NCBI GenBank assembly: GCA_009992215.1
Contig: JAACWB010000004.1
Coordinates: 8,006-72,005 of the forward strand
Length of the DNA: 64,000 bases
DNA from: an archaeon
Lineage (GTDB): Archaea > Nanobdellota > Nanobdellia > Pacearchaeales > GW2011-AR1
Reading direction: 5' to 3'
The notes beneath the pieces were generated by a model. It was not told where the DNA came from. It searched no databases and saw nothing but the letters and a program-made list of their open reading frames with translations. Positions 9,775 to 18,569 of the stretch are shown here, one piece after another (the first letter of the stretch is position 1; every line of letters begins with the position of its first letter). Made by a program: the position numbers and the translations under genes.

Positions 9775-10841
9775 AAACTGGAAATAAGGGAGAATGGAGT
9801 GAGTTACTTGTTTTCTTAAAGTTATTATCTGAAGGTAAATTATATGCTGCAGATTCTAAGTTAAATAAAATTGAAGATATTTATTATCAAATAATTAAAA
9901 TTTTGAGAAATGATTCTAGTGACAAAAAAGAATACTATTATGATTCAAAAATTAAGATAAAAGATTCTAAAGGTTTTATTTTAGAAGAAGTGCCAGTTTA
10001 TGAATTTAAAAAAAATGCAAAAATTTTACTTAATAAAATTCAAGAATCAAAAGGATCTTTCTCAATTGATATTTTAGAGAATTTTTTGAAAAAAATAAGG
10101 ATTTCTAAAATAAAATCTAACTCTACAAATAAAAGAGACATCTCAATGGTTGTTCATGATCCACAAGCTGGTTATGAACCAGAATTAGGATTCAGTATTA
10201 AATCCCAACTTGGGAGTCCTTCAACTTTGTTAAATGCTGGCAAAACAACCAATTTTATTTATGAAATAAGGAACATAAATTTTACAGATAAGCAAATTGA
10301 TGAAATAAACAAATTATCTCAAATTAGAGATAAAATTGAAAAGATTAAGTCTCTTGGTGGAAAAATAAATTATTTTGATATGAGGGAAAATAACTTTAAG
10401 TTAAATTTACAAGTTATCGATAGTCAATTTCCTTTGGTCGTTTCTGAATTAGTCAGAAATTTTTATGAGAATGGAATTAATAAAATATCTGATTTAATTG
10501 AAAAAATTGTCGAGAAAAACCCTTGTTCATTTAATCAAAAAAATTTTCATAAATTTTATAAAATTAAAATAAAGAACTTTTTAATTGCTGTTGCTTTGGG
10601 AATGATTCCTTCTAAAGTTTGGGATGATGAGTTTGATGCAACTGGGGGATATATTGTAGTAAAAGAAAATGGAGATGTTTTATGTTATCATGTTTATAAT
10701 AGAGAACAATTTGGAGATTATTTATTGAATAATACAAAATTAGAAACTGCGAGTACTTATAGACATGATTTTGGAAAAATTTACAAGAAAAACAAAAAAT
10801 TTTTCTTAAATTTGAATTTGCAAATTAGATTTATTAAATAA
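9771..10841 (+). CDS. HpaII-family type II restriction endonuclease
   Basis: GNKGEWSE, GFSIKSQLGSPSTLLNAG and LNLQIRF signatures; ATGA overlap with the methyltransferase gene. Confidence 0.85.
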   Translation: MKTGNKGEWSELLVFLKLLSEGKLYAADSKLNKIEDIYYQIIKILRNDSSDKKEYYYDSKIKIKDSKGFILEEVPVYEFKKNAKILLNKIQESKGSFSIDILENFLKKIRISKIKSNSTNKRDISMVVHDPQAGYEPELGFSIKSQLGSPSTLLNAGKTTNFIYEIRNINFTDKQIDEINKLSQIRDKIEKIKSLGGKINYFDMRENNFKLNLQVIDSQFPLVVSELVRNFYENGINKISDLIEKIVEKNPCSFNQKNFHKFYKIKIKNFLIAVALGMIPSKVWDDEFDATGGYIVVKENGDVLCYHVYNREQFGDYLLNNTKLETASTYRHDFGKIYKKNKKFFLNLNLQIRFIK

Positions 10842-10917
10842 AATCATATAAACCCCCCTTATAATTTCCGAAAATTCTATCAAACAAGCCCCAAAAGTAA
10901 CAAAAACCTTTAAAGAA

Positions 10918-11511
10918 TTAAATAAATTTCTTGAAATGATTAATTATAGATTTTATTGAGAAGAACTCAAAGATTACTAAAAGAACAATTAACCAACTGA
11001 AATTTATGTTGAATAAAACAACGTGAGTTTGATTAAGTAGTTCGTAGATAAGTGCGACCATTGTAAGAGCGAATCCTTGTGAAATCCAAACGAATGCTTT
11101 TAGTTTTCCTTCTCCTTTTTTAGATTTCAAGCCCAAAAGAGAACCTTTTGTTATGAAAACCAAACCAAGAATTGTGAATAATGAAACATAATTTATTGGA
11201 TATAATTCAATTGCGTAGCCCCGAACAAATTCTACAACGTTTGCTTCAAATAGCAAGAATAAAGTTAAGAATAAAATAATTAGAGATGGCAAAAATAAAA
11301 TATCTCCTAATCTTCCTTTGTTTATTTTTTCAATTGGTTCTTCAATGTGTTTTTTAGTTTCTGAAACCTTGACAATTTCTTTATTTTGTCTTTTATTTTT
11401 CTTGAAAGCAAGTTTTATTTTTGGAATTACTAAAAGTAAAACTAAAGCTAATAATAAAATTCCCCCAGAATATATCATCCCATTTAGTATCCCCATAAAG
11501 AAAAAATGCAA
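10918..11511 (-). CDS. Membrane protein, hypothetical
   Basis: About five hydrophobic segments; start codon uncertain. Confidence 0.65.
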   Translation of the reverse strand: MHFFFMGILNGMIYSGGILLLALVLLLVIPKIKLAFKKNKRQNKEIVKVSETKKHIEEPIEKINKGRLGDILFLPSLIILFLTLFLLFEANVVEFVRGYAIELYPINYVSLFTILGLVFITKGSLLGLKSKKGEGKLKAFVWISQGFALTMVALIYELLNQTHVVLFNINFSWLIVLLVIFEFFSIKSIINHFKKFI

Positions 11512-11647
11512 TTCACTCTTTTTAATTATTATTGTAATAGAAAAGATAACCCAAAATTATCCTAACCAAATAATAAAAGCCATTAAGAAATTTCATTTTA
11601 CAATAAAGTTTCTCTTAAGAATTTAAAAAAGAGGAATAAAAGGAAAT

Positions 11648-11714
11648 GGGCCTGGCAGGTGCGAGTGTGGACTTATCAATTCAACGCTCTCGGGTTCAAT
11701 TCCCGACAGGTCCA
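11648..11714 (+). ncRNA. tRNA-like RNA lacking a D-stem, with alanine identity (G3.U70, A73)
   Basis: Acceptor stem GGGCCTG/CAGGTCC+A; T-arm TCGGG-TTCAATT-CCCGA; central helix GAGTG-TGGA/TTCA-A-CGCTC; TATA-like TTTAAAAA about 25 nt upstream. Confidence 0.7.
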
Positions 11715-11728
11715 TTAGGACCTTTTTT
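11708..11728 (+). terminator. Hairpin plus oligo-T after the tRNA-like RNA
   Basis: AGGTCC-atta-GGACCT followed by a T run. Confidence 0.45.
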
Positions 11729-11818
11729 ATGTTATTAACATGTAATTTTTATTTATAACTTTTTGTATGAGAAATTGGATAAAAATAATTTTATAAATCT
11801 TTGAATCTTAATCATTGT

Positions 11819-12157
11819 ATGAATTTAATAAAAATTGATGCATCTGAAATGATTAGTTATTTAGAAAATAACTTGCCAAAGATAGATAAAATAAAAGAAA
11901 CAATTAATTATTTTAAGGATTTACAAGGAAATTACTTAGAAATAAATAATAAACTTATTCCTTTTCCAAATTTACCTTTTGTAAACTACAAAAGAGCAAA
12001 AATAGATAACTCTGAATCAACAATAACTCCAAGTATGAATTTTGAAAATGGTTATAGATGTGGCGTTTCAAAAAAAGGATTGATTGGAAAAATATATCAA
12101 AACATGGAAGCAGAAGATAAAAGAATAGAAATATTTCTTTCAACAAAAATAAGGTAA
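11819..12157 (+). CDS. Hypothetical protein
   Basis: ORF with an upstream TTTATAAA box. Confidence 0.55.
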   Translation: MNLIKIDASEMISYLENNLPKIDKIKETINYFKDLQGNYLEINNKLIPFPNLPFVNYKRAKIDNSESTITPSMNFENGYRCGVSKKGLIGKIYQNMEAEDKRIEIFLSTKIR

Positions 12158-12203
12158 TTCTTATAAACCAATCCCCTTCTTAATTTCATTTTAGACTAAT
12201 CTA

Positions 12204-12292
12204 AAATGTTCGAGGTCATGTTTTGGGACGATTGGCAAACGTCTAATCCAAAACACTCTCTCATTCACTTCGCTCACCCTACGGGAAACATT
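12204..12292. repeat. Multi-branched REP-like palindromic element
   Basis: TGTTTTGG-GACG...CGTC-taat-CCAAAACA hairpin, TCATTCACTTCGCTCA and CCC-tac-GGG, closed by AATGTT/AACATT. Confidence 0.5.
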
Positions 12293-12319
12293 TAAAATGA
12301 CAATTATTTTAAATGTTTT

Positions 12320-12826
12320 ATGAAGTTTCAATTTTATTATGAAAAATTAGTTGCGTCGGATGAATTTCAGAATTTCAAGCGTGAGAATCCAGGCGCTTAT
12401 CCTTGTAGTGGTTTTTTTGTTTTAGATAAGGAAAAAGATGGAAAGGAGAACCACATTAATTTTGATTATTATCTTCCACAATACAAAAAGATGTTTTCAT
12501 TTAAGGTTACTGGAGGGCCAGTTGAAAAAATTCAAATTGAAAATGTTGACCCAAGAGTTCCTGAAAAACTTGGAATGAATTATACTTTTGATTTATATGA
12601 AATTGAGAAAAAAATTAATGCCAAAATGGCTGAAGAAAAAATAAAAGGGAACATGCAAAAAATCCTTTTTAGTTTGCAAAAGTTAGACGGCGTTGATTAT
12701 TTAGTTATCACGGTTTTTTTATCAAATATGGGACTTTTGAAAGTTCATTATGATATTACCGAAGACAAAATTGTTCACTTTGAAAAAAAGAGTTTTTTAG
12801 ATATGTTTAAAATTTTAAAGAAATGA
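12320..12826 (+). CDS. Hypothetical protein
   Basis: 168-aa ORF with an upstream TATA box. Confidence 0.75.
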   Translation: MKFQFYYEKLVASDEFQNFKRENPGAYPCSGFFVLDKEKDGKENHINFDYYLPQYKKMFSFKVTGGPVEKIQIENVDPRVPEKLGMNYTFDLYEIEKKINAKMAEEKIKGNMQKILFSLQKLDGVDYLVITVFLSNMGLLKVHYDITEDKIVHFEKKSFLDMFKILKK

Positions 12827-13048
12827 ACTTAAATTTTTTTTGAATTTTTCTTCAGTTATTTTGTTATTTTCCATTTTGTAAATTAAGAGTCCAATTCTTA
12901 GAGGTTGAAATTTTAATTCGCCTTTAAGAGAATAAATATTTGATAAAATTCTTTTTGAAGTGTATTTAGAAACGGAGAGATTCCTCAACTTAAAGTATAA
13001 CATTTCCTTTTCTTTTTTATAGATTTCACAAGGAGTGTAAAAATTCAT
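12815..13048 (-). CDS. Hypothetical protein
   Basis: Short ORF within a tightly packed minus-strand run. Confidence 0.5.
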   Translation of the reverse strand: MNFYTPCEIYKKEKEMLYFKLRNLSVSKYTSKRILSNIYSLKGELKFQPLRIGLLIYKMENNKITEEKFKKNLSSFL

Positions 13049-13049
13049 T

Positions 13050-13388
13050 TTAACTTAGATTTGTATAAACATAATCTGAATACCTCGGAGGCATATACAT
13101 GTTATGTATTCTTTTTTGAATTTCTCTTAAGGCTTCTATATTGTAAACTTCTTTTTCTATTGCACTTTCTATTCCTTCTTCAATAAATGATTTTACAGAA
13201 TAAAATCTTCCTAAACAAGAAAAAGAAAATTTAACAAGTGCTTTTCTTTTTTCTCTTGGGATTTCAAGATTGACTAATTCACAATAAAGTTTTGAAGCTT
13301 TTTTATTCATTTTAATTTTTGTCTGGATTACAAACTTTACAAGGTTCATATCCACGAAGTGTGAAATATTTTCTATGGTCTTCTTCAA
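13050..13388 (-). CDS. Hypothetical protein
   Basis: ORF in the minus-strand run; true start probably near 13310. Confidence 0.5.
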   Translation of the reverse strand: MKKTIENISHFVDMNLVKFVIQTKIKMNKKASKLYCELVNLEIPREKRKALVKFSFSCLGRFYSVKSFIEEGIESAIEKEVYNIEALREIQKRIHNMYMPPRYSDYVYTNLS

Positions 13389-13860
13389 CCAAAAATTCTT
13401 TTTTTATTGCGCCAGCGAATCTGCAACTTCTTAAGTGATATCTTTCGTTATAGTTTGAACCCACATATTTTGTTTTTGGTGTTTGCTTTTCTAAAACTAT
13501 TTCTTTTAAGACAACTGGTTCTTTTACTTTCTCTATTACTTTTTTTATTATTGGTTTTTCAATTTCTTTTATTACTTCTTTTTCAACAGTTTTTATTACT
13601 GGAACTTCTTTTATTACTTCCTTTTCAATTACTCTTCCTTCGCCAAGACTTGTTGTAATTTTTTTTGGACGAAGAAAATATATTAATACAATTAGATAAA
13701 CAAGTCCTGTTGCACTAAATACAAAAATTTGTAATTCTTCTTTTATTTCAAAAGTGTTTATTGTTGCTAAGACAAAAAGAACGCTAGCGACACCGATTAG
13801 AAAAACTATGAAGATATTTATTGGTTCAAAATGCTTTTCAACAACATATCCCTCTTTCAT
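13312..13860 (-). CDS. Membrane protein with a C-terminal Ada-like metal-binding domain
   Basis: Two TM helices, EKEVIKE repeats, YVGS....YH...C and GYEPCKVC. Confidence 0.75.
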   Translation of the reverse strand: MKEGYVVEKHFEPINIFIVFLIGVASVLFVLATINTFEIKEELQIFVFSATGLVYLIVLIYFLRPKKITTSLGEGRVIEKEVIKEVPVIKTVEKEVIKEIEKPIIKKVIEKVKEPVVLKEIVLEKQTPKTKYVGSNYNERYHLRSCRFAGAIKKEFLVEEDHRKYFTLRGYEPCKVCNPDKN

Positions 13861-13897
13861 TAATTGTAAAGAGAAGGGGATTTTATTAATCTAACGA

Positions 13898-14185
13898 TTA
13901 ACAAAAATCGTTATTTGTATCAAATAATTCGGGATTTTTTTGCATTGCTTCTAAAATAAAATTATTTTTAATGTTAACTGTTAATTCTGAAATCCTACTA
14001 CACAAATTATTTTTTTCAATTTTCTCTTTTGAAACTTCATCTAATGCTTTATTCAATGATAAATAATTGCCAAAAAAATAATCCATGCAAGAAATATTTT
14101 CTCTAAAAATTTTATAAGATTCTTTTTTTGATAAACCCAACTTGCTCATTTTTCTATAAGTTTCAAAAATTTCTTTACTTACCAT
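13898..14185 (-). CDS. Hypothetical protein
   Basis: 95-aa ORF. Confidence 0.55.
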   Translation of the reverse strand: MVSKEIFETYRKMSKLGLSKKESYKIFRENISCMDYFFGNYLSLNKALDEVSKEKIEKNNLCSRISELTVNIKNNFILEAMQKNPELFDTNNDFC

Positions 14186-14224
14186 GAAGACAAATAATTA
14201 ATTCTCTTTATATTATTTATTGTG

Positions 14225-14839
14225 TTATTTTTCTACAATGAAATTTATCATTTGTTCACTGTTGTGAGTTGAAATAATTTTAAATCCTACTTCTTTAAAC
14301 TGATTATGGATTTCTTCTTCTCCGTGTAAATAATAATATCTTTTACCTTTATCTTGCCAACCAACTAATTTTTCTGTTTCCCCTCTTTTTGTTTGTCGTT
14401 TAAATCTTTTTGATTCTTTATTCCAAACTCCAATAAATGCTTTTCCTCCAATTTTTAGAACACGATATAATTCAGAAATTGCCCTAAGTCTATTTTCCTT
14501 TCCTTCTACTGAATGAAGTGCGGAAATGCAAATGGCTGCATCAAAGAAATCATCTTCTTTTGGAATTGTGTTCATAGAAGAATGAATTGTTTCGTGTTTG
14601 ATTCCTAATTCCGTTGCTTTTTTACTTGCTAATTTTAACATTTCACTTGAGATGTCTTGCAAATAATAACTTCCGTTAATTTTTTGCAAGTGTCTTCCCG
14701 AACCTGAGCCTAAGTCTAGTAAATTTCCTTTTACATTTTTTACAAATTCAGAGCTTCCAACTGAAGGGATTTGTTTGTATTCATTCCACTCTGGAGCAAT
14801 TCTGTCCCAAAGTTTTTCTTGGTTTTCTATTTCTTCCAT
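14225..14839 (-). CDS. Class I SAM methyltransferase, Trm9/ALKBH8-like
   Basis: LLDLGSGSG, ICISALH, R..AI.ELYRVLK.GG....VW and KRYYY motifs; divergent from elp3. Confidence 0.75.
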   Translation of the reverse strand: MEEIENQEKLWDRIAPEWNEYKQIPSVGSSEFVKNVKGNLLDLGSGSGRHLQKINGSYYLQDISSEMLKLASKKATELGIKHETIHSSMNTIPKEDDFFDAAICISALHSVEGKENRLRAISELYRVLKIGGKAFIGVWNKESKRFKRQTKRGETEKLVGWQDKGKRYYYLHGEEEIHNQFKEVGFKIISTHNSEQMINFIVEK

Positions 14840-14889
14840 GAAACATCAAGTTTGTTTAAATTTAAAAATGTGGGGGGTATTATTGAAAC

Positions 14890-16266
14890 ATGGAAGAAGT
14901 AAAAAAAGTAAAAAAACCTGTTAGGTCAAAGTCTGGAATTATTCCGTTAACTGTAGTTTTACCGCCGAAAAAGTGTGACCATGGAACTTGTATTTATTGC
15001 CCTGGAGGAGAGTTTGTTCCTCAATCTTATACTGACAAGTCGCCTGCAATTATGAGGGCGATGGCATTGAAATATGATATTAGAGTTCAAGTAAAAACTC
15101 GTCTAGATTCTTTAATTGGAATGGGACACCCCGCTGACAAAATTGAAGTGATTATTATTGGTGGAACTTTTTTACAATACGAAAAAAAATTCAAAGATGA
15201 TTACATTAAAGGAATTTATGATGTTTTGAATGGAGAAGATTCCTCAACTTTAGAAGAAGCCAAGACGAAGAATGAAACTGCAAAACACAGAATTGTTGCT
15301 TTATGTATTGAAAACAGGCCGGACAATTGCAGCGAAGAAGAAATTAAAGAAATGTTAAGTTATGGTTGTACTCGAGTTGAAATAGGAGTTCAAATGCTTG
15401 ATGACTATTTATACAAAAAAACAAATCGTGGGCATACAGTAAAAGATGTTGTTGATGCCACAAAAAGATTAAAGAATGCTGGGTTTAAAATTGGTTACCA
15501 TATAATGCCGGGACTTCCTTATTCGACAATAGAAAATGATAAAGAAAAATTTAAATTGGTTTTTGAGGATTCGCGGTTTAGGCCGGATCAATTAAAAATT
15601 TACCCTTGTCAAATTGTTGAGTCTTCGCCTTTGGCAAAAAATTACAAAGAGATTGGTTACACACCTTATTCAAACAAAGAAATTCGTGATTTTGTCAAAT
15701 GGATGATGCATGAAATTCCAGAATATTGTCGTGTTATGAGGATGATGCGAGAGATTCCAAAAGAAAAAATGTTACAAGAAGATGTTGCTTCTACTTCTAT
15801 GCGAGGAGACATTACTGAAGAACTTCTAAAAGAAGGTGGAATAAAAGAAATTAGACTTAGGGAAATTGGACATCAGAAGGGAGAAGTTAATTTGGATGTT
15901 AAATTAAAAACAATTGAATATGACGCTTCTGAAGGAAAAGAAATCTTTTTAGAAATGGTGAATAAAGATGATGTTTTATTTGGTTTACTAAGGTTGAGAT
16001 TTACTAAAGAAACTTTTATTCCTGAATTAAAAGACGCTGCAATTGTTCGTGAGCTTCATGTTTATGGTCAGGCTTTGAAACTTGGTAGCGAAGCAAAAAG
16101 AAGTCAGCATAGAGGAATGGGTAAAGAATTAATGAATGAAGCTGAGAAGTTAGCCAAAGAAACTGGTTACAAAAAAATTGCAGTTATTTCTGGCGTTGGT
16201 GTTAGGGAATATTACAAGAAATTGGGGTATAGGCTTGAAGGAGATTATATGGTTAAGATTCTTTGA
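14890..16266 (+). CDS. elp3: tRNA U34 carboxymethylation radical SAM/GNAT enzyme Elp3
   Basis: CDHGTCIYCPGG, ENRPD, DQLKIYP, VRELHVYG, QHRGMG and ISGVGVREYY. Confidence 0.95.
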   Translation: MEEVKKVKKPVRSKSGIIPLTVVLPPKKCDHGTCIYCPGGEFVPQSYTDKSPAIMRAMALKYDIRVQVKTRLDSLIGMGHPADKIEVIIIGGTFLQYEKKFKDDYIKGIYDVLNGEDSSTLEEAKTKNETAKHRIVALCIENRPDNCSEEEIKEMLSYGCTRVEIGVQMLDDYLYKKTNRGHTVKDVVDATKRLKNAGFKIGYHIMPGLPYSTIENDKEKFKLVFEDSRFRPDQLKIYPCQIVESSPLAKNYKEIGYTPYSNKEIRDFVKWMMHEIPEYCRVMRMMREIPKEKMLQEDVASTSMRGDITEELLKEGGIKEIRLREIGHQKGEVNLDVKLKTIEYDASEGKEIFLEMVNKDDVLFGLLRLRFTKETFIPELKDAAIVRELHVYGQALKLGSEAKRSQHRGMGKELMNEAEKLAKETGYKKIAVISGVGVREYYKKLGYRLEGDYMVKIL

Positions 16267-16368
16267 TTCTTTTTGATTAAAATCTACAATTTAATTTTTT
16301 ACGTAGCGCTGCTACACGGCAAAATGAAATTATAGCATTTTATCTCAAAAATAAACTAAAGAATAAGA

Positions 16369-17124
16369 TTAAATTCCAAGGAGAATTTTATCTAATGACT
16401 TTGAAAGGTTGATGTTTTCTTTTCTTAAAGATTCTAAATTTCTGTTTTCAATTGTGTAAAAATCTTCTTTTATTTCAAGTGGAGCAAAGTCATAAATAAG
16501 TGAAGAATTATTTTTTTCTAGTACTCCTATTTGCATATTTCCTCCAGTATATTGATCTTTTTTTGATGCATTGCATAGGGAAGAATAAAAAAAATCTAAA
16601 GAATGCTTTAGAGGGATTTCAAGAAAACCATTTTCATTTTTTTTGCTTTTTAATACTTCGTCAAGAATAAATTCTTGAATAAATTCTCCGCCTGTTCCAA
16701 TCCAAGAACAAAAAATATTTTTTTCAATTATTTTTGGGTTACAAAAATTTTCTGGAATTGCTCTCGCATTAAGAGATAATTTTCCTTTCTCATTTATTGC
16801 AAAATGATAATGATTTGAATAAAAAGGTTCTTCAAATTTATCTAAAATATCAAAAATCATTCCCTTAGACAAATTTGATTCATAAATTAACTGGTCATAA
16901 TTGATTATAGTATTTATTGAATTATTCATTGAATTTGTCAATTGTCTCCCAGAATGAGAGATAAAAAAATTACTCTTTTCATTGTATAAAATCTTTTTTG
17001 CATCATAACTTTTGGCAAGAATCATATTATTTAATTGTGTTGATCTTTGTGAATCACTTGCTAACAAAATGTATTCTTTTTTAAAGTCTTTATCATATGC
17101 GTGAAGTGAAATGCCCGTTGTCAT
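16369..17124 (-). CDS. Proteasome-beta/Ntn-hydrolase-like protein (third gene of the cluster)
   Basis: Starts M-T-T; LLASDSQ, KKI, HSG, IGTGG and DQYTGG. Confidence 0.7.
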   Translation of the reverse strand: MTTGISLHAYDKDFKKEYILLASDSQRSTQLNNMILAKSYDAKKILYNEKSNFFISHSGRQLTNSMNNSINTIINYDQLIYESNLSKGMIFDILDKFEEPFYSNHYHFAINEKGKLSLNARAIPENFCNPKIIEKNIFCSWIGTGGEFIQEFILDEVLKSKKNENGFLEIPLKHSLDFFYSSLCNASKKDQYTGGNMQIGVLEKNNSSLIYDFAPLEIKEDFYTIENRNLESLRKENINLSKSLDKILLGI

Positions 17125-17125
17125 T

Positions 17126-17869
17126 TTAATTAAATATTAATTCCTCCAAAGAATTTACATTAAATGTTTGTTCTACTTTGTTTTTTTCTTTTTCACAAAG
17201 TTTAATCATTTCTCTGTAACCCAAATTTTTATTTATTTTCCCAAATTCACTAAAATTTATTTTTTTGTCTTCGGACAAAATTCCCAAATTAAAATATCCT
17301 CCTGTGTTTATGTCGCTTTTTGCTGCATAATTTAGCGCCTGCATTGATAGTTTTATTGCATCAGAGATGGGTAAAATAAAATTATTTTCATCCCTATTCA
17401 AATTGATTAGTTTTTGTTTAATCCATTTATTTATTTCTTTACTTCCATTCCCTGCAGAAAAAAATAATTCATCTTTTTGTAATCCATTTATGTCATATGC
17501 ATCCAAAGATAATTTTCCAAGATTGTTTGCAATTAGAAAGGTATTTGGTGTATCAATTTCACTTAATTTTGAATTAATATTTTTTAGTGAATTTTCTAAT
17601 TCACCAAATGAAAGATTTTTTTCATCGGTTATTTTTCTGTAATTTTCGTTAATTATAGCTGGATTTATTTTTTCATTATATAATGAATTTCCAGAATATG
17701 CAATTAAATATCTATTATCTTTAGTATTTAGAAATTTATTTATTTTTATATTTTCTTCTGGTATAAATTTTTCATCTCGATAAATGTTTGATTGTGTGTC
17801 GGCTAAAATTAAAATATATTCTTTTTTAAAATTTGGATCAAAACACTTTATTGCTAATTCACTTGTCAT
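17126..17869 (-). CDS. Proteasome-beta/Ntn-hydrolase-like protein (second gene of the cluster)
   Basis: Starts M-T-S; ILADTQ, NKF, YSG, AGNGS and DINTGG. Confidence 0.7.
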   Translation of the reverse strand: MTSELAIKCFDPNFKKEYILILADTQSNIYRDEKFIPEENIKINKFLNTKDNRYLIAYSGNSLYNEKINPAIINENYRKITDEKNLSFGELENSLKNINSKLSEIDTPNTFLIANNLGKLSLDAYDINGLQKDELFFSAGNGSKEINKWIKQKLINLNRDENNFILPISDAIKLSMQALNYAAKSDINTGGYFNLGILSEDKKINFSEFGKINKNLGYREMIKLCEKEKNKVEQTFNVNSLEELIFN

Positions 17870-17870
17870 T

Positions 17871-18473
17871 TTAATTGCATAATTTTTTTAAATTTAATTC
17901 TAAGTTTGATTGCTTTTCACCGACGGCTCCAAAGGAAAAAAATCCCCCCGTAAAAGAGTCTTCATTATGTTTTGCTGCATTGTTTATTGCCATGTAACTA
18001 ATTTCAAGTAAATCTTTCATTGGCATTTTTACTATTTTATCTTTGGGTAATTCTTTTAGAACTTCTGCTATATATTCTCTTCCACTGCCAATTGTTGCCC
18101 AAGCAGGACCATAAATTATAATTTTTTTATTTCCTAAATCATCAAATTCTAAATTTTTTTTATCTGCAACAAAATAAATATTATTATTTTTATGTAAATA
18201 ATCCATCATCATTAATTGTACTTTTACTTTATGTTTATCTAAACTATCTGAAAAAAGTAATTTTTTTAATTTATTTACTTCTACTTCATCATTAATTAAA
18301 GAGGTTCCAGCTCCAGCAAATAAGTGATTTTCTAATAAATAAATTTTCTTTGTGTCTCCTTCTTTTACAATTTTCCCACCTATTCTTTTAGACGTTTGGC
18401 TATCTGAAGCGATTAACAGATACCTTTGTTTTGTATCGGTATCATATGCATTAATTCTTAGTATTCCTGTCAT
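17871..18473 (-). CDS. Proteasome-beta/Ntn-hydrolase-like protein (first gene of the cluster)
   Basis: Starts M-T-G; IASDSQ, KKI, GAG, IGSG and DSFTGG. Confidence 0.75.
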   Translation of the reverse strand: MTGILRINAYDTDTKQRYLLIASDSQTSKRIGGKIVKEGDTKKIYLLENHLFAGAGTSLINDEVEVNKLKKLLFSDSLDKHKVKVQLMMMDYLHKNNNIYFVADKKNLEFDDLGNKKIIIYGPAWATIGSGREYIAEVLKELPKDKIVKMPMKDLLEISYMAINNAAKHNEDSFTGGFFSFGAVGEKQSNLELNLKKLCN

Positions 18474-18569
18474 GAAAAATCAAGGAATATTTATTATTTA
18501 AACCTTTCTTTTTGTCACTTTTCTCAAGTGGTGACAATGTTTTAAGATATTTTACTTTTTTTACATTTT

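Noticed and set aside
11648-11714. tRNA-Sec, suppressor tRNA or tRNA-Ile(TAT) call
   Set aside because: No canonical 5-bp stem with a 7-nt loop places TCA, TTA or TAT at positions 34-36; there is no long variable arm and no D-stem
13500-13640. DNA repeats TTTTATTACTTC
   Set aside because: They encode the low-complexity EKEVIKE linker of a membrane protein
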